A DNA stretch of 21,793 bases from Sulfurimonadaceae bacterium (GTDB lineage Bacteria; Campylobacterota; Campylobacteria; Campylobacterales; Sulfurimonadaceae): the NCBI GenBank assembly GCA_041562555.1, contig JBFEXS010000025.1, positions 1-21,793 of the forward strand. The letters run 5' to 3'. A model generated the notes under the pieces. That model was not told the origin of the DNA. It was given only the letters and a program-made list of their open reading frames with translations, and searched no databases. The position numbers and the translations under genes are program-made. Positions 1 to 7,595 of this stretch are shown piece by piece. How positions within the stretch are numbered: position 1 is the stretch's first letter; the number at the start of each line of letters is the position of its first letter.

Positions 1-449
1 CGTTTGAGTTGCGTCACTTGAAGGGTTTTGAGTGCGATCTCATCTTTCCATTCTTGTGTACAGGCAAGCAGTTTCTCTTTCTTGTTTGTATCTTCTTGAA
101 TCTCCTGCATAAGAAACTGATCCAGAAAGTGTTGTAGCTTTTCTTGCAGAAGGTCAACGCAAAAGACCTCCTGTGTGAACTTTTCCAGAAGCTCTTTCTC
201 GCTTTTGCTCGGACGAGAGAAGTCTTTGGTCTTAAAGAACTTTCCCCCCAGCCATGAAAGCAGATTGTTGATGGATATGATAAGGTCTATCAGATCATTT
301 TTGAAGTGACGCTTGAACATCTGCCAGGGTGTCTTGTAATACTCCTTGGAAAAGGCTTCAAGTCGCGGGTTGACGACTTCATACATATAGTTGTACAAGA
401 AGGTGTTCAGTGCTGACTCGAGGGTTTGTCGCGTTTGTACATCAGGCAT
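1..449 (-). CDS. Hypothetical protein, runs off the left window edge (at least 149 aa, MPDVQTRQTLESALNTFLYNYMYEVVNPRLEAFSKEYYKTPWQMFKRHF...)
   Basis: Not in the ORF track. Hand translation: ATG at 449-447, frame open to the edge, 8-nt overlap with the 3' end of the radical SAM gene, consistent with an operon. No family recognised. Confidence 0.75.
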   Translation of the reverse strand, partial: MPDVQTRQTLESALNTFLYNYMYEVVNPRLEAFSKEYYKTPWQMFKRHFKNDLIDLIISINNLLSWLGGKFFKTKDFSRPSKSEKELLEKFTQEVFCVDLLQEKLQHFLDQFLMQEIQEDTNKKEKLLACTQEWKDEIALKTLQVTQLK

Positions 450-1950
450 GGCGGGCTTGTCTCTTATTGGCTTGTTGCAGAGTTTTGTTCTCAGCTTGGA
501 TCTGCTTCGGTGCATAAGGTTTCAGGTAAGCGGGGATGATACGACCTTTGATCTTCAGGAGGTCTTCTATCATATTCCCAGCGACAGTAGAAGATTCTAT
601 CTTAAGCTCTTCGCTTAGATAGGTAAAAAGGAGCTTGGAGAGTCTGTCAAGTGAGATCTTCCATGTAGAATCTGTTTGTGTATAGATCCATTCAGAGAAT
701 GCATAAAAGCTGTCATACACGGTATTGTTTTCCCATAACAGGGTGATCGTGTTTTTAAAGTTTCCACTGTTATAGGTCAGATCCCAAAAGCGGGCAAAGC
801 GCTTCATCTTCTGTATCTGCTTGAAACTGAGCAGGTCATTGCTCAAGATATCATAAGGGGGTATGTCACTATAGTTCATGCCATATTCTATATCGTGACG
901 TTCCAAGGTGGTACCTGAGAGTTTTTTCAAGATACCGATCTGGATCTCCGAATGGCTGATGCTTACCAATTCATTCAGGTTCTTCCCAAAACTCTCAAGG
1001 TCTTCTCCGGGCAGACCGACGATAAGATCAAGATGGATATGGGCTTTGGTCTGGGTTTCGATAAAGGTCAGGTTTTCCTTGATCTTTTTGAGTTTAAGAG
1101 GACGGTTGATCGTCTCGGCAACAGTTGGATTAAGGGTTTGTATACCTATCTCAAGCTGTAGTGCTCCGGCCGGGAAGAGAGCGATTTTTTGTTTGATTGA
1201 TTCGGGAAAATGGTCGGGTATGACTTCAAAATGCGCAAAGTAGGGAGGTTCTTTGCCTAAGAAGAAATCTAATATGGCATTGGCAAACTTCATATTGAGG
1301 TTAAAGGTACGATCCACAAATTTGAAGTTGCGCGTACCAAGCTTCCAAAGATACTCGAACTCTTCAAGAAGCAGATCGATGTCAAAGTTCCTGACCTTCT
1401 CATCAATGGAAGAAAGGCAGAACTCACACATGAAAGGACAGCCTCGTGAAGCTTCAATATAGATGTAACGGTTGTCAATATCATCTTGGGTGTAGTAACG
1501 ATAGGGGAGTTTGATCTGGCTTAGATCTTCCATCACGGGTTTGATGGTCTTTTCTTCAGGTGCGCTGTTTTCTTTGATCTGCTTGCACAGACGATAAAAA
1601 GAGGTGTCCCCCTCTCCCTGGATGATATAGTCCGCTTTTGAAAAGTCAACACGCAAAGGTGCATAAGAGACTTCCGGACCCCCAAGGATGATAATGGTCT
1701 CAGGGGAAACTTTTTTAAGTACTTCGATGAGTTCCTGGCTCTGTTGCGCATTCCAGATATAGATACCGAGCCCGATGATATCCGGTGATTCATCCAGAAG
1801 TTTTTCTGCAACGGTTTGAATCGCATCATTGATACTAAATTCCAAAATAGAACTTTGTTCTTGTAACTCTTGCATGTTCGCATAAAGATAGCGCAGCCCT
1901 ATAGAACTGTGGGTGTAACGAGAGTTTAGAGTACTCAGTATAATTTTCAT
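442..1950 (-). CDS. Cobalamin (B12)-binding radical SAM protein, probable DUF4080-type C-terminal domain
   Basis: N-terminal B12-binding-like domain (DIIGLGIYIWN...IILGGPEVS...GEGD), radical SAM CxxxCxxC motif (RGCPFMCEFC), FVDRTFN, HLDLIVGLPGE, C-terminal RFARFWDLTYNSG. Confidence 0.88.
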   Translation of the reverse strand: MKIILSTLNSRYTHSSIGLRYLYANMQELQEQSSILEFSINDAIQTVAEKLLDESPDIIGLGIYIWNAQQSQELIEVLKKVSPETIIILGGPEVSYAPLRVDFSKADYIIQGEGDTSFYRLCKQIKENSAPEEKTIKPVMEDLSQIKLPYRYYTQDDIDNRYIYIEASRGCPFMCEFCLSSIDEKVRNFDIDLLLEEFEYLWKLGTRNFKFVDRTFNLNMKFANAILDFFLGKEPPYFAHFEVIPDHFPESIKQKIALFPAGALQLEIGIQTLNPTVAETINRPLKLKKIKENLTFIETQTKAHIHLDLIVGLPGEDLESFGKNLNELVSISHSEIQIGILKKLSGTTLERHDIEYGMNYSDIPPYDILSNDLLSFKQIQKMKRFARFWDLTYNSGNFKNTITLLWENNTVYDSFYAFSEWIYTQTDSTWKISLDRLSKLLFTYLSEELKIESSTVAGNMIEDLLKIKGRIIPAYLKPYAPKQIQAENKTLQQANKRQARHA

Positions 1951-1955
1951 ACGAA

Positions 1956-1964
1956 ATTATACAC
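1956..1964 (-). promoter_or_regulatory. sigma70 -10 box (gtgTATAAT) for the radical SAM gene, probably giving a leaderless mRNA
   Basis: Minus strand reads TGTG-TATAAT-TTCGT-ATG; no Shine-Dalgarno between the hexamer and the ATG. Confidence 0.6.
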
Positions 1965-1981
1965 AGAGTGGACTGTTAATT

Positions 1982-1990
1982 TGCTATAAT
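1982..1990 (+). promoter_or_regulatory. Extended -10 promoter TGCTATAAT for chorismate mutase
   Basis: Perfect TGnTATAAT 27 nt upstream of the RBS-supported ATG. Confidence 0.7.
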
Positions 1991-2016
1991 CCTCTTAATA
2001 GTACAAAAGGATGTTA

Positions 2017-2310
2017 ATGAAAACATGTAATACCCTAGAAGAGTTAAGAGTTGAGATTGATAAACTTGATGATAAGATCGTCGAGCTTATTGCCGAGCGT
2101 AACTCTTATATTCATCAGGCCGTTAAGTTCAAACAGAGTGTTGAAGAGGTTAAAGCAGAGGATAGAGTTGCTGAGGTGATACAGCGTGTCCGTCATAAAG
2201 CACTTCAGCTCGGTATGTCACCTAATATGATCACAGACCTGTACACAAAGATGATTGATGACATGGTAGAATCTGAAATTGCGGAATTCCGTGATCATGG
2301 GTCACTTTAA
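2017..2310 (+). CDS. Stand-alone chorismate mutase type II (AroQ/PchB-like fold)
   Basis: LEELRVEIDKLDDKIVELIAER...K...R pattern of the CM_2 family. Start moved from 2011 to 2017 because AAAGGA lies 5 nt before ATG 2017 and overlaps ATG 2011. Confidence 0.85.
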   Translation: MKTCNTLEELRVEIDKLDDKIVELIAERNSYIHQAVKFKQSVEEVKAEDRVAEVIQRVRHKALQLGMSPNMITDLYTKMIDDMVESEIAEFRDHGSL

Positions 2311-2328
2311 CCCTGTACTTCAGCATGA

Positions 2329-2350
2329 GATCAGAGCCTTGAGCCTGATC
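2329..2350 (+). terminator. Possible hairpin after chorismate mutase
   Basis: GATCAG...CTGATC inverted repeat; weak U-tract. Confidence 0.25.
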
Positions 2351-2424
2351 GTATTTACTCCCTATTTCTTATAAGATTATATGATGTTCCTTTAACATGT
2401 TTCACATCTCTTAAAGGATCATCT

Positions 2425-3966
2425 ATGCAACTTCCAGATTTTATGATGATAATCGCATCATCACCGGGCCTTTCACTTCTGTTTTGGATCATTACCTTAA
2501 TCATACTTTTGTACATGGCACGTACTCCGGCACATGAGGCAATCGAATCTGCTTCAAAGATACTCTATCATGCATTTCGTCTGTTCTCTTCATCTGTACT
2601 GTTGGCGGAAAAACGTTTGAAGGATCGAAATAAGGAGGTACTGCTTTCTTCCGGAAAAATTGCAACAGAGCGAATTATTGAACGGGAGTTTGAACGTATC
2701 GATGACTTTGTCAAACAAGACCTTTCTCATTTTCCAACTCTACAGCGGGAGATCACCGACAAGGTCGTCAAACTTGATGAAGATTATCAAAGAAGTACAG
2801 AGATACCTCCGGCTCCTCCCGGTTGGACCAAGGCGATAGAACCCATCGCTGCCATTCCTCCATCTGAGGATTCGATGGTCGCAGAGATCTTGAAAAGTAT
2901 CAAAGAAGCTTTGGATCGCGGGCAGGAGAAAGCCTTGGCTGCATATCGCAAAAGTTCTGAGGAACGCCATGGCTTTCTAAAATCGATGGTGCCTACACTG
3001 CGACATATCAATAAGTCTGTTGCAGAGCTGGATAAGAATGTGCAGGTATTGCTTGATCGTTCTGCTACGGTTGACAGACATATGGATGAGTATGCCCAGA
3101 TCAATAAGCAGACAGACAAGGCAGCACAGATGCTCTCATCCTCATCTATGACACAGTTCTTTATTGCCGGTTTTGTCTTGGCGATTGCTATTGGCGGTGC
3201 CTTTATCAATTTCAACCTGATCTCAAGGCCGATGCAGGAGATGGTTGGCGGTTCAGTATATATGATGGGTTTTAAAGTCGCAGATATCGCAGCACTTGTC
3301 ATCATCCTGGTTGAGATATCAATGGGTCTTTTCTTGATGGAGTCTTTACGTATTACCCGTCTTTTCCCAATAATCGGTGCTTTGGATGACAAGATACGTT
3401 TCCGTATGATTATCGTCTCCTTTGTTTTTTTGTTTTTGTTGGCAAGTGTAGAAGCAGGTTTGGCGTATATGCGTGAGCTTTTATCTGCGGATGATGCTGC
3501 ATTGGTTGCAGGTCTTTTGGGTGGAGCCAGTGTGGAAGGTGTGGATGAATCGGGACGATGGATAACAACAGCAGCACAGATGGGAATGGGATTTATCTTG
3601 CCTTTCGCATTGACATTTATTGCTATTCCCTTGGAGTCTTTTGTGCATTCAAGCAGAACGGTGATGGGAGTCGTATTGGTGGCTGCACTTCGTTTTTTAG
3701 CACTGATGTCCCGTTTCCTCGGAAATATCAGTCGTTACCTGGGAAAAAGCCTGATCAATATCTATGATCTTGTGATCTTTTTTCCCTTATGGATAGAAGG
3801 AATGATAAGAGGTGAAAAAACAGCTGTGAAACTGGCTGTCCAAACAGTATCTCCTTCTGTGGCACTGGAAAAGAGTCCGATCAAGGCAAAGACGACACGA
3901 AAAAGCAGTCCAAAAAAGATTGAGTCTAAAGATAAAACCGAGCAGGAAGAGAAGGAGCAGGTATGA
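2425..3966 (+). CDS. Uncharacterised polytopic membrane protein with a long helical/coiled-coil soluble region and Lys-rich tail
   Basis: 513-aa ORF with RBS AAAGGA. One N-terminal hydrophobic segment, about 200 aa of charged helical sequence, at least 4 further hydrophobic segments, KAKTTRKSSPKK tail. Confidence 0.85.
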   Translation: MQLPDFMMIIASSPGLSLLFWIITLIILLYMARTPAHEAIESASKILYHAFRLFSSSVLLAEKRLKDRNKEVLLSSGKIATERIIEREFERIDDFVKQDLSHFPTLQREITDKVVKLDEDYQRSTEIPPAPPGWTKAIEPIAAIPPSEDSMVAEILKSIKEALDRGQEKALAAYRKSSEERHGFLKSMVPTLRHINKSVAELDKNVQVLLDRSATVDRHMDEYAQINKQTDKAAQMLSSSSMTQFFIAGFVLAIAIGGAFINFNLISRPMQEMVGGSVYMMGFKVADIAALVIILVEISMGLFLMESLRITRLFPIIGALDDKIRFRMIIVSFVFLFLLASVEAGLAYMRELLSADDAALVAGLLGGASVEGVDESGRWITTAAQMGMGFILPFALTFIAIPLESFVHSSRTVMGVVLVAALRFLALMSRFLGNISRYLGKSLINIYDLVIFFPLWIEGMIRGEKTAVKLAVQTVSPSVALEKSPIKAKTTRKSSPKKIESKDKTEQEEKEQV

Positions 3967-4613
3967 GAGTCTTTTTAATCAGTGCATTACTTCTTATGGG
4001 GTTGACATCGTGTTCAACAGGTCCGCACAGACCACATAACAAAGGGGTGTATATGCTTGTTGATACTTCCGGTACCTATACGAAAGAGTTGAAAAAAGCA
4101 CAACAGATAATCAACTATACGCTTTCTCAACTCAATGCAGGAGATAGTTTTGTCGTTGCAAGTATTGACACGGGAAGTTTTAGTGAAAAGGATATTATTG
4201 CCAAAGTGAGTTTTGATGACAGGCCTTCAAAAGCAAATCAGCAGAAGCGGGCTTTTCAACAGACAATAGAACATTATATACAGAATGTAAAGTCAAGTCC
4301 CTATACGGACATAACGGGGGGGCTTTTGCAAGCGACAGAATATCTTAACGAACGTGATACCCGTACGAAAACAGTGCTGATATTTTCAGACCTTAAACAA
4401 GAACTCAAACAGGGATATGTACGTAATATCCCTTTGCGCCTTGATGGCTATAAAGTCCTGGCTTTAAATGTCACTAAACTGCGTAGTGACAATATCGATC
4501 CGAGGGAATATATGGACCGACTGGAGTTATGGAAAAAACGTGTTCAAGACGGAGGCGGAGAATGGGAAGTGATCAATGATCTTGAGCGTCTGGATAAAAT
4601 AATCAAAGAATAA
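3963..4613 (+). CDS. von Willebrand factor A (vWA)-domain lipoprotein
   Basis: Lipobox LTSC (Cys17). MIDAS-like elements VYMLVDTSGT, YTDI and VLIFSD. RBS AAGGAG and ATGA overlap with the upstream stop. Confidence 0.82.
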   Translation: MRVFLISALLLMGLTSCSTGPHRPHNKGVYMLVDTSGTYTKELKKAQQIINYTLSQLNAGDSFVVASIDTGSFSEKDIIAKVSFDDRPSKANQQKRAFQQTIEHYIQNVKSSPYTDITGGLLQATEYLNERDTRTKTVLIFSDLKQELKQGYVRNIPLRLDGYKVLALNVTKLRSDNIDPREYMDRLELWKKRVQDGGGEWEVINDLERLDKIIKE

Positions 4614-4705
4614 ATGTCAAGACAGTATTACATATTTACACTCCATTAATCATTTATATTTATAATGGCGCACAAAATGGATGAATTTTCAAGGTGTATC
4701 TTAGA

Positions 4706-4727
4706 TTAAGATTATCTTTGCTAAAAT
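4706..4727 (+). promoter_or_regulatory. sigma70 promoter of pal (TTAAG...TGCTAAAAT)
   Basis: Extended -10 TGCTAAAAT at 4719-4727 with upstream TTAAG, typical of Campylobacterota RpoD promoters; RBS AAGGA follows. Confidence 0.65.
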
Positions 4728-4757
4728 CGGACTAATTTTAAATAAGGAACAGAACAG

Positions 4758-5312
4758 ATGAAAAACCTTCTCGCAATCAGCGCAATGGCAGCTTTACTTT
4801 TACTTTCAGGATGTAGTCAAAAAGATCCTAAGATCGACGCAACAAATGAGTCTACTCAAACTGTTGAAGACCCAAGTGCAACTCAATCAACAACTGATGC
4901 ATCAGGCATGGGTGACGGTGGTATTGATCAATCAGCGACTGCTGACAATGCAGAGCAAACGCTAAGTGACATGGAATCTAAACTGACAACGATCACATTT
5001 GATTTTGACAAGTTCGAAATCAGAGCAGACATGGAAGATAGAGTTAAAACGAATGCAACACTTGCAAACGCAGCAGCATCTGCTTACAACGTGAAGCTTG
5101 AAGGTAACTGTGATGAGTGGGGTAGTGACGAGTATAACTATGCACTTGGTCTTAAACGTGCAAAAGCGACAAAAGATGCTTTAGTAGCTGAAGGTGTTTC
5201 AGCTGAGCGTATCACCATGGTAAGTTTTGGTGAAAGCAATCCTACATGTACTGAGCAGACTCAGGCGTGTTGGGCAGAAAACCGTAGAGTAGACTTTAAA
5301 CTTCTTCCATAA
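4758..5312 (+). CDS. pal: Peptidoglycan-associated lipoprotein Pal (OmpA C-like)
   Basis: Lipobox LSGC; FDFDKF, EGNCDEWGSDEYNYALGLKRA, VSFGE...NRRVDF; followed by cpoB. Confidence 0.92.
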   Translation: MKNLLAISAMAALLLLSGCSQKDPKIDATNESTQTVEDPSATQSTTDASGMGDGGIDQSATADNAEQTLSDMESKLTTITFDFDKFEIRADMEDRVKTNATLANAAASAYNVKLEGNCDEWGSDEYNYALGLKRAKATKDALVAEGVSAERITMVSFGESNPTCTEQTQACWAENRRVDFKLLP

Positions 5313-6220
5313 TGCGAAGAGTCTTACTTTTAAGCTCTTTATTGAGCATTCTTCCGCTCTCTCTGTATGCAGAAAAATCTGCATTCGGAGCAGGTGACCT
5401 TAACTCTCCTTCCCCCTACGGTTTGACAAAAGCTGAAAAACATATCCTTGATAATAAAGAGACAATCCAAGACATTGAAGGTACCGTACGTAAAAATCGT
5501 TCGCGGATCAACAGTATCGAAGAATCTCTGTCCGGTATGAAAAGTATTGTCGAAGGACTGAATGAGACAGGCAGGGATGATCAGTTAACCTTGCAATCAT
5601 TAAAAGATGAAGTCAATGCGATGAAGGGTTCATCTGAAGGTCTTAATCAGAAGGTAGATACACTTATCCTGAATCATGATGAAAATATCAAGCAGCTTAA
5701 GACAGTCATGTCCGAACTCAGTACGCTGATAGACTCGATCAACAGTAACTATGTCAGTAAGCAAGAGTATAACGCTTTGGCTGAGGAGATCAATAGTTTT
5801 AAACTGGTAGTCTCAAAGCAGTTGAAAAACATAGCTGCAGGGGGAACAAGTTCTTTGGATAATAAGAGTAATGCTCAAGTGGCCAAGGATGCAGAAAAAC
5901 TCTTTGATAAGAAAAAATATGCTGATGCAATCGATGCTTATGAGCATCTAATCAAAAAGAACTATAAGCCGGCTGCTGCACACTATTACATCGGTGAAAG
6001 CTATTTTCATCTTAATGAATATAAAAACGCGATAGCCTATTTTAAAGAGAGTGCCAAGCGCTATTCAAAGGCAAGTTATATGCCTAACCTGATGCTTCAT
6101 ACGGCTATTTCACTTCAAAAAACCAAGCAGAACGAGGGCGCGAATCAGTTCTTTCAAGCTCTGATTGCCAAGTATCCAAACTCCCCTGAGGCGAAAAAAG
6201 CCCAAAAATATCTGCAATAA
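5312..6220 (+). CDS. cpoB: Tol-Pal-associated coiled-coil/TPR protein (CpoB/YbgF-like)
   Basis: Signal peptide, SAFGAGDL motif, long coiled coil, C-terminal TPRs ending YPNSPEAKKA; TAATG overlap with pal. Confidence 0.8.
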   Translation: MRRVLLLSSLLSILPLSLYAEKSAFGAGDLNSPSPYGLTKAEKHILDNKETIQDIEGTVRKNRSRINSIEESLSGMKSIVEGLNETGRDDQLTLQSLKDEVNAMKGSSEGLNQKVDTLILNHDENIKQLKTVMSELSTLIDSINSNYVSKQEYNALAEEINSFKLVVSKQLKNIAAGGTSSLDNKSNAQVAKDAEKLFDKKKYADAIDAYEHLIKKNYKPAAAHYYIGESYFHLNEYKNAIAYFKESAKRYSKASYMPNLMLHTAISLQKTKQNEGANQFFQALIAKYPNSPEAKKAQKYLQ

Positions 6221-6224
6221 TTTA

Positions 6225-6247
6225 GTATTACTCTTTTTGAGTAATAC
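6225..6247 (+). terminator. 9-bp hairpin after cpoB
   Basis: GTATTACTC-TTTTT-GAGTAATAC perfect inverted repeat 5 nt after the stop; no clear downstream U-tract. Confidence 0.45.
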
Positions 6248-6276
6248 GATTCCCAAAGCCCTGTTAAAGTATCTTA

Positions 6277-6285
6277 TGCTAAAAT
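6277..6285 (+). promoter_or_regulatory. Extended -10 promoter TGCTAAAAT of the slyD operon
   Basis: TGnTAAAAT in an AT-rich intergenic region about 50 nt upstream of the slyD ATG. Confidence 0.6.
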
Positions 6286-6334
6286 CTCAAAAATTTAAAA
6301 TGGTGATTATTTAATCATTATTAAGGAAAATATT

Positions 6335-6847
6335 ATGGCAATTACAGATAACCAAGTTGTATCAATCGAGTATGAAGTACGCAGTGAAGGAACAGTTGTC
6401 GATAGCAATATCGGTGGTCAACTTTTAACGTTCATGGTAGGAAAACAGCAAATCATCCCGGGTCTTGAGGAAGAAGTTTGCAAGATGAGTATGGGTGAAA
6501 AGGGTGATGTTCTTGTGCCGGCTGCAAAAGCATATGGTGAATATAATGATGAAGCACTTCAGGAGGTTCCAAAAGAGCAGTTTGCAGGTATTGATTTGAC
6601 TGTAGGTATGAACCTTTATGGTCAAAGTGAAGATGGTGCAACAGTACAAGTGACCGTAAAAGAGATCAAAGATGAAGCAGTAACTATCGATTATAACCAC
6701 CCTCTTGCCGGTCAAGATCTTATGTTTACTGTTTCAATCGCAAATGTCCGTGAAGCAACGGAAGAAGAAGCGATGACAGGTATCCCGGCAGAAAACGCTC
6801 AACCAGAAACTGGTGGCTCATGTGGTTCAGGGTGTGGCTGTCACTAA
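6335..6847 (+). CDS. slyD: FKBP-type peptidyl-prolyl isomerase/metallochaperone SlyD
   Basis: VVSIEY, IIPGLE, AYG, DYNHPLAGQDL, REAT and Cys/His tail GSCGSGCGCH. Confidence 0.95.
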   Translation: MAITDNQVVSIEYEVRSEGTVVDSNIGGQLLTFMVGKQQIIPGLEEEVCKMSMGEKGDVLVPAAKAYGEYNDEALQEVPKEQFAGIDLTVGMNLYGQSEDGATVQVTVKEIKDEAVTIDYNHPLAGQDLMFTVSIANVREATEEEAMTGIPAENAQPETGGSCGSGCGCH

Positions 6848-7595
6848 TTTTATAGCGAATTCGGATGCTTCCCATGAAGCACTGAAAACGGCAAACTTGC
6901 TTAAAAGTCTGCCTATTAATGCCTTTATTTACGGTCAAAGCGGGACAGGGAAGAAGAGCTTGGCTCGATATATACTTCCCAATGCTCCTGTTATTGATGC
7001 AAATGATTACGAAGAGCTTGAAGGTGCATTGAGTTCCCATGCTACGTTGATCATTTCTAATTTTGACAAAATACCAAATTTTGAAAATTTCAAGGTACTT
7101 CTTGAAAAATATGAAGTACGTATCATGGCATTGGCAAATTCAGTGTTTAATAGTGATGTCATTGAAGAATTGTTTGGGATCAAGCTTTTTTTACCTCCTT
7201 TGTCCGAACGTAAAGGGGATGTGTCTGTTTTAGCGGAGCATTTTATGCGTGAAGTAAAAGAGGTACTGGGGATTGAAGGAAATATCAAAGTTGATGTCTC
7301 CAAGATTGATCTAAGCCATAATGCACACTCTATCCGCCGTCATATTTATATGCAGGTTCAGCTTCAAGACATTAATGAAGACGAGTTGATGAATATTATG
7401 GAGCAGTTTTTAAAGAACAAGATAGGAGGGAATAGTGACTATAGAAACTATCTCTATCTCTACGAAGCCCCTCTTATCAATGCAGGTTTAGAGTTATTTA
7501 AAACACAATTGCAGCTTTCAGACAAGTTGGGATTGAATCGAAATACACTGCGTAAAAAGATCGCAGAAAACAAGGAATATTTGAGAGATGAGTAA
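6834..7595 (+). CDS. Degenerate sigma54-activator-like AAA+ protein with a Fis/NtrC-type C-terminal HTH
   Basis: Walker A GQSGTGKKS, LPPLSERKGDV, C-terminal LGLNRNTLRKKI. No GAFTGA, no canonical Walker B. GTG 6834 preferred over GTG 6813 (shorter overlap with slyD); start uncertain. Confidence 0.8.
   Translation: MAVTNFIANSDASHEALKTANLLKSLPINAFIYGQSGTGKKSLARYILPNAPVIDANDYEELEGALSSHATLIISNFDKIPNFENFKVLLEKYEVRIMALANSVFNSDVIEELFGIKLFLPPLSERKGDVSVLAEHFMREVKEVLGIEGNIKVDVSKIDLSHNAHSIRRHIYMQVQLQDINEDELMNIMEQFLKNKIGGNSDYRNYLYLYEAPLINAGLELFKTQLQLSDKLGLNRNTLRKKIAENKEYLRDE

Noticed and set aside
440..442. ATG overlapping the radical SAM stop (TGATG) as start of the downstream gene
   Set aside because: That frame stops after 11 codons; ATG 449 opens the long frame.
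391..1883. Short ORFs overlapping the radical SAM gene (391..618, 908..1243, 952..1161, 1253..1462, 1290..1484, 1533..1883)
   Set aside because: Shadow or alternative-frame ORFs overlapping well-supported genes, with no recognisable motifs.
2740..3767. Antisense 201-aa ORF 2787..3392 and other short ORFs within the membrane protein gene
   Set aside because: Consistent with antisense mirroring of the sense codons; no family features.
4665..4681. Possible sigma54 promoter upstream of pal (TGGCGC...)
   Set aside because: GG-N10 is followed by GG, not the required GC.
4836..4853. N-X-S sequence (DATNES) in the Pal linker as a glycosylation site
   Set aside because: The residue at -2 is Ala rather than Asp/Glu; the other candidate, ESNPT, has a disallowed Pro.
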